Shown here: positions 46,297 through 56,442 of the stretch, piece after piece
Numbering within the stretch: position 1 is the stretch's first letter
How the letters are laid out: every line of letters begins with the position of its first letter
NCBI GenBank assembly: GCA_003522725.1
Contig: DPIG01000078.1
Location: forward strand, 18,746-82,745
Reading direction: 5' to 3'
Source: Candidatus Omnitrophota bacterium
GTDB lineage: Bacteria > Omnitrophota > Gorgyraeia > Zapsychrales > Zapsychraceae
DNA length: 64,000 nucleotides
The notes under the pieces: generated by a model
Database searches by the model: none
What the model was told of the DNA's origin: nothing
The model's input: only the letters and a program-made list of their open reading frames with translations
Program-made: the position numbers and the translations under genes

Positions 46297-46908
46297 TCAA
46301 CGTCCTTCCGCAGTTCTGTTCGGTAAAATGACGATTTCCACACGGCGGTTTTTTTGCCGTCCTTCCGGCGTCGAGTTATCGTCAACCGGCCGGAATTCTC
46401 CGTATCCCGTGGCGGCCAAACGCCCGGGTGAAATGTTATTGGTTTGGGTCAAATAGTGCAAAACGCCAAGCGCCCGCGCGCTGGACAATTCCCAATTTGA
46501 TTTCCAGCCGGAACGTTGAATCTGGACATCATCCGTATGTCCTTCAATGCCAATCGACAAATCTTTAACCGTCGTATTGAGGACGTCTGCTATTTTATCC
46601 AATTTTTCAAAAGAACTTTGCCGTAATTGGGCTTTCCCCGAATCAAACAAAACCTCCGCCACAAAAGTGATGACCAGTCCGCGGTCCATCATCTTCACGC
46701 TGACTTCCTGATCGCTGATCTCCTTGCTCAAACGTGCTTCCAACTCCGCTTTGGCTTTTTCGAGGCTATTGAGCCGCCCTTTGAGTTTGGCGATTTCCTC
46801 AACATCCGAACGTCTGCCTTTTTGAAATACAATCGTGCAACCGCTTGGAACGAGGGCAAAGGCAAGTACGACTAATAATGTGGAAAACTTCCGAAAAATC
46901 GGGCGCAT
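46297..46908 (-). CDS. OmpA-family peptidoglycan-binding lipoprotein
   Basis: Lipoprotein signal (LVVLAFALVPSGC), coiled-coil linker, OmpA-like domain (GHTDDVQIQ...NWELSSARALGV...NRRVEIVI). Start at ATG 46906-46908 with RBS AAGGAGG. Confidence 0.75.
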   Translation of the reverse strand: MRPIFRKFSTLLVVLAFALVPSGCTIVFQKGRRSDVEEIAKLKGRLNSLEKAKAELEARLSKEISDQEVSVKMMDRGLVITFVAEVLFDSGKAQLRQSSFEKLDKIADVLNTTVKDLSIGIEGHTDDVQIQRSGWKSNWELSSARALGVLHYLTQTNNISPGRLAATGYGEFRPVDDNSTPEGRQKNRRVEIVILPNRTAEGR

Positions 46909-47003
46909 CAACTCCTCCTTGATTGACGTATCCCACCTTAACATAGGGACAATTTAAAGTCAAGCTCTTTATGACAACTTAAGCTCCTGCAACAAGATAC
47001 AGT

Positions 47004-48275
47004 CTAGCGGATAATAATTTCCGAGCGTTTTGTTCCTATGGAGATGTATTTGACGCCAACTTTCAAAAGCTTTTCCAGGCGTTCGATGTATTTACGTGCA
47101 TTGGCAGGTAATTGAGCATAACTCCGTGCCGCGCTGACGTCAGATCGCCACCCCCTTAACTCCTCATAGATGGGCTGGACATTGCTCAAGACTTCAAAAT
47201 CCATGGGGAATTCCTTATAAATTTTCCCTTTATATTTGTATCCGGTACATATCCGGATTTTATTCAGATCGCCCAGGACATCCAGCTTCATGATAGCCAA
47301 TTCATCCACGTTATTGATGACCACTGAATAGCGCACCAGCACACTGTCAAACCAGCCGCAACGGCGGGGCCGGCCGGTCGTTGAGCCGAATTCGTTTCCC
47401 TTGGTCCGTATTTCGTCTTTGAGGCTGGAGGAGAATTCCGTCGGGAACGGCCCTTCCCCAACGCGCGTGGTATAGGCCTTGACACAGGCAATGGTCCTGT
47501 CAACGCGTGTGGGCGCCACGCCGCTTCCCGTGCACAGACCGCCGACTATGGAATTTGAGGACGTGACAAACGGGTAGGTCCCAAAATCAATATCCAGGAA
47601 GGTTCCCTGGGCGCCTTCAAAAAGGACGGATTTTTTGTGATCTATTTCCCGGTTCAGATAAAGCGCGGTATCGCAAACATAGGGGGCAAGTTCTTTTCCA
47701 TACGCCAGATATTCACCATAAATACTTTTTAAAGCGAATCCTTTGACATTAAAAACTTTTTGGAAGATTTCGTTCTTTTCCCGGAGATTGTCTTCCAGTT
47801 TTGACTGGAGAACGCGCGGGTTCAAAAGATCGACCATCCGGATACCGCAACGGCTGACTTTATCCGCGTAGCAAGGTCCGATGCCCCGCCCCGTGGTCCC
47901 GATCTTGTTTTTCCGTTTAGACTCCCGCAGACCGTCTAATATGCGGTGATATGGCATCACGACATGGGCGTGGCCGGAGATCTTCAAGCGCGCTGCCCCC
48001 ACCTTGATCCCGCGGCGCGACAGGTCGTTAATTTCCTTCAAGAGCGCCTTGGGATCGATCACGACACCGTTGCCGATCACGCATACCTTGCCTTTATGTA
48101 GAATGGCGGATGGTAACAAGTGAAAAACATATTCCTCTTTGCCGACCACGACCGTATGCCCGGCGTTATTTCCACCCTGATATCGGACGGTAATATCGCT
48201 GTGCTCGGAAAGGATATCGATTAATTTCCCCTTCCCCTCATCTCCCCATTGTGAACCGACCACGACAATGTTCAT
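47004..48275 (-). CDS. purA: Adenylosuccinate synthetase
   Basis: MNIVVVGSQWGDEGKGK N-terminus. 423 aa. Confidence 0.92.
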   Translation of the reverse strand: MNIVVVGSQWGDEGKGKLIDILSEHSDITVRYQGGNNAGHTVVVGKEEYVFHLLPSAILHKGKVCVIGNGVVIDPKALLKEINDLSRRGIKVGAARLKISGHAHVVMPYHRILDGLRESKRKNKIGTTGRGIGPCYADKVSRCGIRMVDLLNPRVLQSKLEDNLREKNEIFQKVFNVKGFALKSIYGEYLAYGKELAPYVCDTALYLNREIDHKKSVLFEGAQGTFLDIDFGTYPFVTSSNSIVGGLCTGSGVAPTRVDRTIACVKAYTTRVGEGPFPTEFSSSLKDEIRTKGNEFGSTTGRPRRCGWFDSVLVRYSVVINNVDELAIMKLDVLGDLNKIRICTGYKYKGKIYKEFPMDFEVLSNVQPIYEELRGWRSDVSAARSYAQLPANARKYIERLEKLLKVGVKYISIGTKRSEIIIR

Positions 48276-48284
48276 AGGATGCCC

Positions 48285-48992
48285 TTACGTTACGATGAAT
48301 AAATAAATCAGCCCGAGCCCGACGGCGATAAAGACCGCTGAAAAACAGATGCGCGCCCATGAAATGACGCGGAGAAAACCGCTGCGCGCCTTTACCGAAC
48401 TTTTAATATAAAAAATTATTCCCCACGCCACCAGCAGCGGAAACGCAGATGCCAGGCCGTACAAGACAAAAAATAAAGCGGCCAGCAAAACATTAGCGCT
48501 GGTGTATAAAAAATAATAAAAAATATAAATATTCTGGTCTTTGGGCCACAACGAAGCGACCGTTACGGCGGCCAAACCCAGTATAAACGCGCAAAAAATG
48601 ATGCCGGCGTTTTCTTCAACAGCCTTTACATCTTCCGCCAGGAATTGCGGCATCCATGGCGACGACGCCTGCGTTTTGCCCTGCAGCCAATGCCGAAACA
48701 ACAAATACCCGGCAACCAGCAAAGTCACGGCCACGGCCAGCGGGAGAAAAGAACTGACGCGGTCGACCGCCGGATGCTCAAGCCCGAACGCAGCCTCGCT
48801 CCACACCAGAAAAAATGTCAGCACAACGACCGCGCCCACCGTGAACCCGCCGGTGAGGGCGATGCGTCGCGCCGTGGTCCCGACGCGCGCCCAAAAGATT
48901 AAAAGACAAAGAACCATCGACAGCACATAAGGATTGAAACTGTCGGTGATGCCAAGAACAACCGCCGCGGCCACGTAATCCAGCAAGGTCAT
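48285..48992 (-). CDS. Hypothetical polytopic membrane protein
   Basis: 235 aa, about 6 hydrophobic helices. No family recognised. Confidence 0.45.
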   Translation of the reverse strand: MTLLDYVAAAVVLGITDSFNPYVLSMVLCLLIFWARVGTTARRIALTGGFTVGAVVVLTFFLVWSEAAFGLEHPAVDRVSSFLPLAVAVTLLVAGYLLFRHWLQGKTQASSPWMPQFLAEDVKAVEENAGIIFCAFILGLAAVTVASLWPKDQNIYIFYYFLYTSANVLLAALFFVLYGLASAFPLLVAWGIIFYIKSSVKARSGFLRVISWARICFSAVFIAVGLGLIYLFIVT

Positions 48993-49000
48993 ATCGGCCT

Positions 49001-50587
49001 TCAGACTTTCAGCAGTTTCACGTGCAAGACGTCTTTGGTGCTGCGCAACCGTTCAATCGTCTCTTCCGGCACGTTGCTGTCCACGTTAACGGCGCTGATC
49101 GCCAGTCCGCCCGGAGCTTCGCGGCCCAATGTAATCCCCGCGATATTGATCTTCGCCTCGGCGAGCAATGTTCCGATCGCGCCGACCAGCCCCGGCTTGT
49201 CATTGTTCTGGATGAACAGGATATATCCATCAGGAACGGCTTCCATGTAAACACTGTTGATTTTGACGATACGTGGTTTCTGGTTGGCCGACAATGTCCC
49301 CTGGATCGAGAATGGCTCTTTATCCGTCTTGACCTCAACGCGGATGGCATTGACGAATTCTTCTTCTTTGGTCGAAACAACTTCCTGGACGTTGATCGCC
49401 CGCTCCTTGGCGATTTCGAGGGCATTGATGAAATTGACGGTTTCGCCCAATATTGGCGTCAACAGACCGTTGACCAGCGATAAGGTGACCGGAGCCACTT
49501 TGTATTTACTCATGATCCCGCTGTAGGTGATCTTCACGGCGCTGACGCGCCCGTCGATCAGTTGTCCGGCAAATTTTCCCATCCGGTACGCGAGGTTGAT
49601 ATACGGCTCCAAAGTTTTGTACGCCTCCGCGTCGACCGTCGGGAAGTTGGCCGCGTTCATGATGCCCCTGCCCAAGAGGGCGTTACGGATCGTTTCAGCG
49701 ATCTCGATGGCCACGTTGATCTGTGCCTCGGAAGTCGAAGCGCCCAAATGCGGCGTCATGACGCAATTATCGAGTTTTAACAACGGAGAATTCGCGGAAA
49801 GCGGTTCTTCATCAAAAACATCCAGCGCGGCACCGGCGATCCTTTTCTCCGCCAACGCATCGGCGAGCGCGGTTTCATCCACGATCCCGCCGCGGGCGCA
49901 GTTGATCAAACGAGCCGTTTTTTTCATTGATTGGAATTCCGCCGCTCCGATCAAATTTTTTGTTTCCGCGCTTTTGGGAATATGAATGGTAATATAATCG
50001 GATCCCTTGACCAACGCTTTAAGGTCGACCATCTGCACGCCAAGCGTGGCACCGACTTCCAGCGAGATGTAGGGATCGAAGACAATGACAGACATGCTGA
50101 AGGCTTTGGCGTAACGCGCCACCGTCGAACCGATCCGGCCGAAGCCGATGATCCCCAGCGTTTTTCCATGAAGTTCAACGCCGCTGAACTTCGAACGTTC
50201 CCACTTGCCGGCCTTGACCGACGCGCAGGCTTGCGGGATGTTGCGTGACAACGCCAGGATCATGCTCATGGTGTGTTCCGCCGTCGAAGTGGTGTTTCCC
50301 GCCGGGGTGTTGATCGCCACAATTCCTTTTTGGGTCGCGGCCTTCAGGTCCACGTTATCCAACCCGACCCCCGCGCGGCCGATGAACTTCAAGCGCGCGG
50401 CCGCCTGGATGATATCCGCCGTGACTTTCGTACCGCTGCGCACGATCAAGGCGTCATAGTCCTTGATGATCGCTTTTAATTGTTCCGGCTTAAGGTCGAT
50501 CTTGTAATCGACCTGGAATTCCTTAACGGCCTTCAATATCTCCAGCCCTTCATCGGCGAGCTGGTCGCTGACAAGTATTCTGCTCAT
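49001..50587 (-). CDS. serA: D-3-phosphoglycerate dehydrogenase (with C-terminal ACT domain)
   Basis: NAD-binding GxGxxG (GIIGFGRIGS), catalytic R/E/H, about 528 aa. Start at MSRILVSD. Confidence 0.9.
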   Translation of the reverse strand: MSRILVSDQLADEGLEILKAVKEFQVDYKIDLKPEQLKAIIKDYDALIVRSGTKVTADIIQAAARLKFIGRAGVGLDNVDLKAATQKGIVAINTPAGNTTSTAEHTMSMILALSRNIPQACASVKAGKWERSKFSGVELHGKTLGIIGFGRIGSTVARYAKAFSMSVIVFDPYISLEVGATLGVQMVDLKALVKGSDYITIHIPKSAETKNLIGAAEFQSMKKTARLINCARGGIVDETALADALAEKRIAGAALDVFDEEPLSANSPLLKLDNCVMTPHLGASTSEAQINVAIEIAETIRNALLGRGIMNAANFPTVDAEAYKTLEPYINLAYRMGKFAGQLIDGRVSAVKITYSGIMSKYKVAPVTLSLVNGLLTPILGETVNFINALEIAKERAINVQEVVSTKEEEFVNAIRVEVKTDKEPFSIQGTLSANQKPRIVKINSVYMEAVPDGYILFIQNNDKPGLVGAIGTLLAEAKINIAGITLGREAPGGLAISAVNVDSNVPEETIERLRSTKDVLHVKLLKV

Positions 50588-50605
50588 TACGGCTCCTGTC
50601 ATTTT

Positions 50606-50680
50606 CCTCATTTCCCGTTTCAGGGGAAATGAGGAGGCTCGCCCGCCTCACCAAAATCTGTGATTTGGGTGGGCGGGGCG
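50606..50680 (-). promoter_or_regulatory. Two GC-rich hairpins in the 5' leader of serA
   Basis: CCTCATTTCCC-gtttca-GGGAAATGAGG (perfect 11 bp) and an imperfect GCCCGCCTCACC...GGTGGGCGGGGC stem. No U-tract. The first ends 11 nt before the serA RBS. Confidence 0.4.
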
Positions 50681-50699
50681 GCCTGTCTGATATTTCGCG

Positions 50700-51839
50700 T
50701 CAGGTGATAAACACTTTCTGCGCGGCGGCAATGCCGACGCCGGGTGTGAACTTATGTCCCAGTTTTAATAAAACTTTCTCCAGGCAAGCGATCCCGGTAA
50801 GGATATCGTATTCATCAACACAACCCATATGAGCGATGCGGATGATTTTACCCTTTAACGTATCCTGCCCGCCGGCCACAGAAATCCCGTAGGTGTCGCG
50901 CATGATCTTGACCACTTTATTGCCGTCGACTTCCGCCGGGAGCTTGACCGCGGTCAGGACATTTGACAAACATGATTCATCCGGAAAAATCGACAATCCG
51001 AGCGCCTTGGCCGCTTCCCGCGTGCCGCTGGCCAGCCGCGCGTAACAGGCGAACAAGTTCTGCAGCCCTTCCTGCTTGATACGCCGCAGGCTTTCGTTGA
51101 GCGCGATGACAATCCCGATGGCCGGCGTGAAAGGCGTGTCCACATCCGCCATGGCCTCTTTGGATTTACGCAGATCAAAATAATAACGCGGACTTTTGGA
51201 AGTTTCAACCAGTTTAAACGCCTTGGCGCTCACCGAAATGAACGCCAGTCCCGGCGGCAGCATAAATCCTTTATGGGACGCCGAGACAACCACATCGACC
51301 CCCCAGTTATCCATTTGCAGATCAATGACCCCGAGCCCGCTGACCGCATCGACCACCAATACCGCGTTAGTATCGCGGACGACACGGGCAACCGCTTCGA
51401 CGTCCGTTGTAACACCGGTCGATGTTTCACTCTGTGTGATGAAAACCGCTTTGATGTCCTTGTGCGTGTCGAGTATCTTTTTGATCCGCGCCGGATCGAC
51501 CGCCTTGCCCCAAGTGACCTTGATCACATCCGGCTCAACGCCGTAACTGCGGCAAAGCTCGCTCCAGCGTTCGCCGAATTTTCCGCCCTCCACCGTGATG
51601 GCTTTATCGCCCGGCGAGAGCAGATTGCACACCGCCGCTTCCATCGCGCCCGTGCCGGAAGAGGTGAGCAGATAAATATCATTTTTCGTTTGAAAAACGT
51701 GCTTTAACCCTTCAACAGCTTCTTTTAAATTTTCTTGAAACTGCGGCGTGCGGTGATGGATGATCGGACGCCCCAACGCCGCGCAGATTTCCGGCGGGAT
51801 CTGGGTCGGTCCGGGGGTGAGCAATAGATTGCGTTTCAT
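50700..51839 (-). CDS. Class V aminotransferase (serine-pyruvate / phosphoserine aminotransferase-like)
   Basis: MKRNLLLTPGPTQIPPE..., PLP-lysine region (SASHKGFMLPPG). Adjacent to serA. About 379 aa. Confidence 0.8.
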   Translation of the reverse strand: MKRNLLLTPGPTQIPPEICAALGRPIIHHRTPQFQENLKEAVEGLKHVFQTKNDIYLLTSSGTGAMEAAVCNLLSPGDKAITVEGGKFGERWSELCRSYGVEPDVIKVTWGKAVDPARIKKILDTHKDIKAVFITQSETSTGVTTDVEAVARVVRDTNAVLVVDAVSGLGVIDLQMDNWGVDVVVSASHKGFMLPPGLAFISVSAKAFKLVETSKSPRYYFDLRKSKEAMADVDTPFTPAIGIVIALNESLRRIKQEGLQNLFACYARLASGTREAAKALGLSIFPDESCLSNVLTAVKLPAEVDGNKVVKIMRDTYGISVAGGQDTLKGKIIRIAHMGCVDEYDILTGIACLEKVLLKLGHKFTPGVGIAAAQKVFIT

Positions 51840-51877
51840 CGTCAGCCGCCTTTCTATCAAAAATTTAAAGTTAATAA

Positions 51878-52492
51878 CTAGCTTTTTTTTGTTGTCCGGA
51901 AGCTGGTAATGACGTCATCGACCAGCCCATATTCCCTGGCTTCCTCCGCGCTCATGTAAAAATCCCGATCGGAATCCCTCTGGATCCGATCGAGCGGTTG
52001 TCCCGTATGGTCTGCCAATATTTTGCTCAAAGTCTCTTTCATCCGCAGGATTTCCTTGGCTTGAATGGAAATGTCGCTGGCCGTCCCCTGGGTTCCACCC
52101 CAAGGCTGATGGATCATGATCCGCGAATACGGCAGGGCAAAACGCTTGCCTTTGGCGCCGGCGGACAGTAAAAGCGAACCCATGCTCGCGGCTTGCCCAA
52201 GGCAAAAGGTGGAGACATCGGGTTTCACAAACTGCATCGTGTCATAAATCGCCAGACCGGCGGTCACCGATCCGCCGGGTGAATTGATGTACACGCTGAT
52301 GTCTTTGGTGGCGTCTTCGCTTTGCAAGAAAAGCAATTGCGCGATGATCAAATTGGCGACGGTATCATCGATGGCGGTGCCGATGAAAACAATTCTTTCT
52401 TTGAGCAACCGCGAATAAATGTCGTAGGCGCGTTCACCCTGCGACGTTTTTTCAACGACCATTGGTACGAGTATCTGCGATTTTTGATCCAT
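51878..52492 (-). CDS. clpP: ATP-dependent Clp protease proteolytic subunit
   Basis: Start at ATG 52490-52492 with RBS GGAGGAGG. Ser-His-Asp triad context ([13 protein letters not shown]). The ORF-track N-extension overlaps tig. Confidence 0.9.
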   Translation of the reverse strand: MDQKSQILVPMVVEKTSQGERAYDIYSRLLKERIVFIGTAIDDTVANLIIAQLLFLQSEDATKDISVYINSPGGSVTAGLAIYDTMQFVKPDVSTFCLGQAASMGSLLLSAGAKGKRFALPYSRIMIHQPWGGTQGTASDISIQAKEILRMKETLSKILADHTGQPLDRIQRDSDRDFYMSAEEAREYGLVDDVITSFRTTKKS

Positions 52493-52493
52493 T

Positions 52494-53387
52494 TTACTTA
52501 ACCTCCTCCCATTCTGCTTCTTTAAGTAAAAATTCCATGACTTTGACGGCCAGGTTTTCTTCTTCCTTGACCGGGATATTCTCGAGTTCAGCAATTTTTT
52601 CAAGGACCAGATATATGCGGATGTCCTTTTCGACAGACTCCTCGAGCTGCGGACGGACCTCCTCTTCTTTTTTCGTGATCTCCTCGGGGGACAATCCTTG
52701 CTTCGCAAGCCGCTGACGGATATCTTCCAGCCGTCGCGCGAGCTGTTTTTTGACCAATGAAGCCGGCGTCGTCAATTTTGCTTTCTTGAGAAGATGTTCC
52801 GCGACCTGGTTTTCGATGTCCATCCGGTTGTGCCGGTCTTTATCGATCTCCATCTGACGGGTGAGCGACTTGGAGAATTCCTCCAGGCTGGGGAAGCCCA
52901 ACCCATGAGCGAAAGCGTCATCGATGACGACCTCTTTCCCTTCCCCCTGGCCTTTCCTGAAAAATTCCAAAGTCTTGTTGAGCTCTTCCGGCGTGACGGT
53001 AGAACTTTTGCGCGCGATCTTGATCTTTTTATAGTCACCGACCCTGACCTCCGGCTTAACGTCCAGTTTGGCGGTAAAAGTCACTTTCCCTTCGTTAAGA
53101 TTAATATCCAGAATTTCCGGCAGGTCGATCGGCCTGATTTTTTCTTTTTCAAGTCCTTCCTGATACACTTCCGGGATCAGTTCCTTGATGACTTCTTCCC
53201 TGGCGAGTTTGTTGTGCCGGGATTCCAGGATATGCCGGGGGACTTTTCCCTGACGGAACCCTTTGACCTTCACGACTTTTCCGAGTTCTCCGTAGATTTT
53301 ATCAAATTTTTGCGACACGCGCTCCCGGGGAACTTCGAATTTCAATTCCAGCCGGATCGCGTCCAGTTTTTTAACGGCCAATTTCAT
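52494..53387 (-). CDS. tig: Trigger factor lacking the central PPIase (FKBP) domain
   Basis: N-domain with the GFRQGKVP ribosome-binding signature, then directly the C-terminal arm domain. 297 aa against about 430 typical. Confidence 0.75.
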   Translation of the reverse strand: MKLAVKKLDAIRLELKFEVPRERVSQKFDKIYGELGKVVKVKGFRQGKVPRHILESRHNKLAREEVIKELIPEVYQEGLEKEKIRPIDLPEILDINLNEGKVTFTAKLDVKPEVRVGDYKKIKIARKSSTVTPEELNKTLEFFRKGQGEGKEVVIDDAFAHGLGFPSLEEFSKSLTRQMEIDKDRHNRMDIENQVAEHLLKKAKLTTPASLVKKQLARRLEDIRQRLAKQGLSPEEITKKEEEVRPQLEESVEKDIRIYLVLEKIAELENIPVKEEENLAVKVMEFLLKEAEWEEVK

Positions 53388-53417
53388 GAATTTTCCGCCT
53401 CCTCCATAAGTTGTCGG

Positions 53418-54146
53418 TTACATCCTGAATTTCTCGCCCAAATAAATTTTCTTCGCTTCCGGGTCGTTGATCAAATCCTGCGCCGTCCCCGAAATGAGGA
53501 TTTTCCCGTCGGCGATGAGATACGCCCTGTCGGTAATGGACAGCGTCTCGCGCACGTTATGGTCCGTTAAAAGGATCCCCAGCCCGCGCTGTTTCAGATT
53601 TTTGATGATCTCCTGCGCTTCGGCCACCACGATCGGATCGATGCCGGAAAAAGGTTCATCCAGAAGAAGAAACGACGGGTTTGTCACCAGGGCGCGTGTG
53701 ATTTCCAGCCGGCGGCGTTCGCCGCCGGACAACGTGTAAGCTTTATTTTTCGCCAGATGCGCGATATTTAACTCCTCCAGCAAAGACTGTAACCGTTTCT
53801 TGCGCTCCCGCGGGCTAAGCGGCAAAGTTTCCAGGATCGCCAGGATGTTCTCGGCAACGGTCAACTTCCGGAAGATCGACGGTTCCTGCGCCAGGTACCC
53901 CATCCCCAGCTTGCACCGCTCATGGATGGACTTATAAGTGATATTTTCGTTATCAAAAAATATTTCGCCCGCGTTCGGTTTAATAATACCGACGGCCATA
54001 TAAAAGGTGGTCGTCTTGCCGGCGCCGTTGGGGCCCAGCAGTCCGACAATTTCCGAACGGCCGACGGAAATGCTCAAACCGTCCACGACCTGGCGTTGAC
54101 CATATTTTTTCACCAGATTTCTAGTTTCCAAGAGCTGTAATGGCAT
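53418..54146 (-). CDS. lptB: LPS export ABC transporter ATP-binding protein
   Basis: Walker A GPNGAGKTT, LSGGERRR signature. 242 aa. Directly downstream of the lptA-like gene. Confidence 0.85.
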   Translation of the reverse strand: MPLQLLETRNLVKKYGQRQVVDGLSISVGRSEIVGLLGPNGAGKTTTFYMAVGIIKPNAGEIFFDNENITYKSIHERCKLGMGYLAQEPSIFRKLTVAENILAILETLPLSPRERKKRLQSLLEELNIAHLAKNKAYTLSGGERRRLEITRALVTNPSFLLLDEPFSGIDPIVVAEAQEIIKNLKQRGLGILLTDHNVRETLSITDRAYLIADGKILISGTAQDLINDPEAKKIYLGEKFRM

Positions 54147-54948
54147 TTTCTCCTTCGGTCACCAGGATAAGTTTCGGCCGGCCGGAAAGCGTCAGTTTGC
54201 GCTCCAGGCCGTTATAAACGGCTTTGTCGGCGAAGGACTGGTTCGCCCCTCGGATGATCACCACGTGTCCGGAACAAATCATCTCTTTGATCTGTTTTTT
54301 TGTTTCATCGAAAAATATTTCCATGCGGTCGGCCTTCAAGGTCTGGTCCGCCTGTACGGCGACGACATTATCTTCAAAGACCGCGTACGATTTGGTCTGG
54401 TCGATCACCATAGGGCCGTCCGAGGTGATAGTGATCTGTGAGGTCACCTCGGGATCGGGCTGCGTATCCATCGTGACGGTCACATCCTTGTCGATCTGCG
54501 CCGTCTTCATCCCCGGATGCGCCTCCATCCCCGTGCCGGTCATCGTCATGTCTTTATCGGTGATCAAAACATCGTCTTTCGTTTTGACCAAATCTTCGTT
54601 GCGGTTCCAGTCCAGGGAATCCGTTGTCATCCGGGTGCCCCGCTCGCTGGTGATGACGACATCTTTTTCCAAATGGATGATGCCGCTGGCCTGGTCAATG
54701 GTCCCGGTTTCGGCCGTCAGGTTGACTTTTTCATCGCCATAGGATTCGCCGGCAACGTTGGAAATTTTGATTTTATCGCCGAGGATGTCGGCGTTGTCTC
54801 CGTTGACGGTCCAGGATTTTTCCCCATCCGGGGTATATCCCTGCAAGTTGAACCCTTCGAATTGCTGGCCGGGTTCCCCGGCCCATACAACGCCGGCTCC
54901 TCCTAAGAGAAAAATTTGCACCAGGAGCAATAAACAATTTTTATTCAT
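54121..54948 (-). CDS. LptC/LptA (OstA-like) periplasmic LPS-transport protein
   Basis: Signal peptide, then OstA-like beta-jellyroll repeats. 275 aa. Between kdsC and lptB. Confidence 0.7.
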   Translation of the reverse strand: MNKNCLLLLVQIFLLGGAGVVWAGEPGQQFEGFNLQGYTPDGEKSWTVNGDNADILGDKIKISNVAGESYGDEKVNLTAETGTIDQASGIIHLEKDVVITSERGTRMTTDSLDWNRNEDLVKTKDDVLITDKDMTMTGTGMEAHPGMKTAQIDKDVTVTMDTQPDPEVTSQITITSDGPMVIDQTKSYAVFEDNVVAVQADQTLKADRMEIFFDETKKQIKEMICSGHVVIIRGANQSFADKAVYNGLERKLTLSGRPKLILVTEGENAITALGN

Positions 54949-54960
54949 GCGGTAATTATC

Positions 54961-55485
54961 CTATCCGGTGCGCGCGAGAATATTTTTCCATTTTCCCTGC
55001 GCTTTCAAAATCAATTCGACCACTTCACGCACCGCGCCGTCACCGCCGCGGCAGGCCGTGATGTAATGGGCCGCCTTTTTAACCTCCGCCACCGCGTTGG
55101 ACACGGCAACGGCCAGGCCGACCCGTTTTAATACCGCCAGGTCGGGCAGATCGTCCGCCACAAAACAAACTTTTTCATCCATAAGGCCGAACTCACGGAT
55201 CAAACGCGCGTAAACATCGGACTTAGGATACGCATCCTGGCAGATTTTGTCAATTTTTAAGTCTTCGGCGCGGGCCGCTACCGCGGGTGAGGAACGTGCC
55301 GAAAGGATCGCGGTTTTGATCCCCGCCTGCCGCAAAAGCACAAGACCAAAGCCGTCCTGCACGTCAAAAAACTTGAGTTCCTTTCCCTGGGCGTCCACGA
55401 CGATCTTGCCGTCGGTCAGGACGCCGTCGACATCCATAACGAGGAGCTTTATTTTTTTTAATCTCGCGTTAAGGGCGCTGTTCAT
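54961..55485 (-). CDS. kdsC: 3-deoxy-D-manno-octulosonate 8-phosphate phosphatase (HAD, YrbI family)
   Basis: LLVMDVDGVLTDG motif I. 174 aa. In the kds cluster. Confidence 0.85.
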   Translation of the reverse strand: MNSALNARLKKIKLLVMDVDGVLTDGKIVVDAQGKELKFFDVQDGFGLVLLRQAGIKTAILSARSSPAVAARAEDLKIDKICQDAYPKSDVYARLIREFGLMDEKVCFVADDLPDLAVLKRVGLAVAVSNAVAEVKKAAHYITACRGGDGAVREVVELILKAQGKWKNILARTG

Positions 55486-56441
55486 ACCAATCCGGCCCTT
55501 AAAAGGTCCTGGACGTCCAGCAGGCCGACGATCCGGCGCTGGTTATCCAAAACGGGCAATTCGTCAATTTTCTTTTCTTTCATGATATTGAGCGCTTCCG
55601 CCGCCAGCTTGTCTTTTAAGATCGTTACGGGGTTACGCGTCATGACCTCCGACACCCGCCGGTCCAAGACATCGGGGCCGGACTCCAGATGCCGGCGCAG
55701 ATCACCGTCAGTAAAGATCCCTGTAAATTTTCCGTGCCGGTTCACAACGCACGCCGACCCGCAGCGGGCCCGGGTAATGGCAAACAGGACCTGTTTGACT
55801 TTTCTGTTCTCGCGGACTTTAGGGTAATGCGCGTCTTTACGCATAATGTCTTCGACTCTTAACAAAAGTTTGCGGCCGAGCATTCCGCCGGGATGATAAA
55901 ACGCGAAATCCTCCTTGCGGAACCCTTTACGCACGATCAGGCAGGCCGCCAAGGCGTCCCCCATCACGAGCGTTGCCGTCGTGGAGGCCATCGGCGCCAA
56001 CCCCAGCGGACATCCTTCCTGCTTGACGGAAACATCCAGCAGGACGTCCGCGTGTTTTGCCAGCGTCGAATGCCGGTTGCCCGTCATAGCGATGGTCCGG
56101 GAACCGATCTTTTTGATGAGCGGCAGCAGCTGTTTTATCTCTTCGGTTTCACCGCTGTTGGAGACGATGACCACAACGTCATTACAGGTGACCTGCCCGA
56201 GGTCGCCGTGGATCGCTTCCGCGCTGTGCATCCACAGGCTCGGCGTTCCCGTCGAAGACAAGGTGGCGGCGATCTTGCGCCCGATGATCCCCGTCTTGCC
56301 CATGCCGGTGACGATGACACGGCCTTTGCATTTGGCGATCAGATCAACGGCTTTTAGAAAACCTTGATCGATCCGCTCCCCCAGATTCGCCACAGCCCGG
56401 GCTTCGATCGCGATGACCTCTTTGGCTTTCTGGATCGTCAT
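55482..56441 (-). CDS. kdsD: Arabinose-5-phosphate isomerase (SIS plus tandem CBS domains)
   Basis: SIS domain (VIVTGMGKTGIIGRK), C-terminal CBS pair. 319 aa. Confidence 0.85.
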   Translation of the reverse strand: MTIQKAKEVIAIEARAVANLGERIDQGFLKAVDLIAKCKGRVIVTGMGKTGIIGRKIAATLSSTGTPSLWMHSAEAIHGDLGQVTCNDVVVIVSNSGETEEIKQLLPLIKKIGSRTIAMTGNRHSTLAKHADVLLDVSVKQEGCPLGLAPMASTTATLVMGDALAACLIVRKGFRKEDFAFYHPGGMLGRKLLLRVEDIMRKDAHYPKVRENRKVKQVLFAITRARCGSACVVNRHGKFTGIFTDGDLRRHLESGPDVLDRRVSEVMTRNPVTILKDKLAAEALNIMKEKKIDELPVLDNQRRIVGLLDVQDLLRAGLV

Positions 56442-56442
56442 T

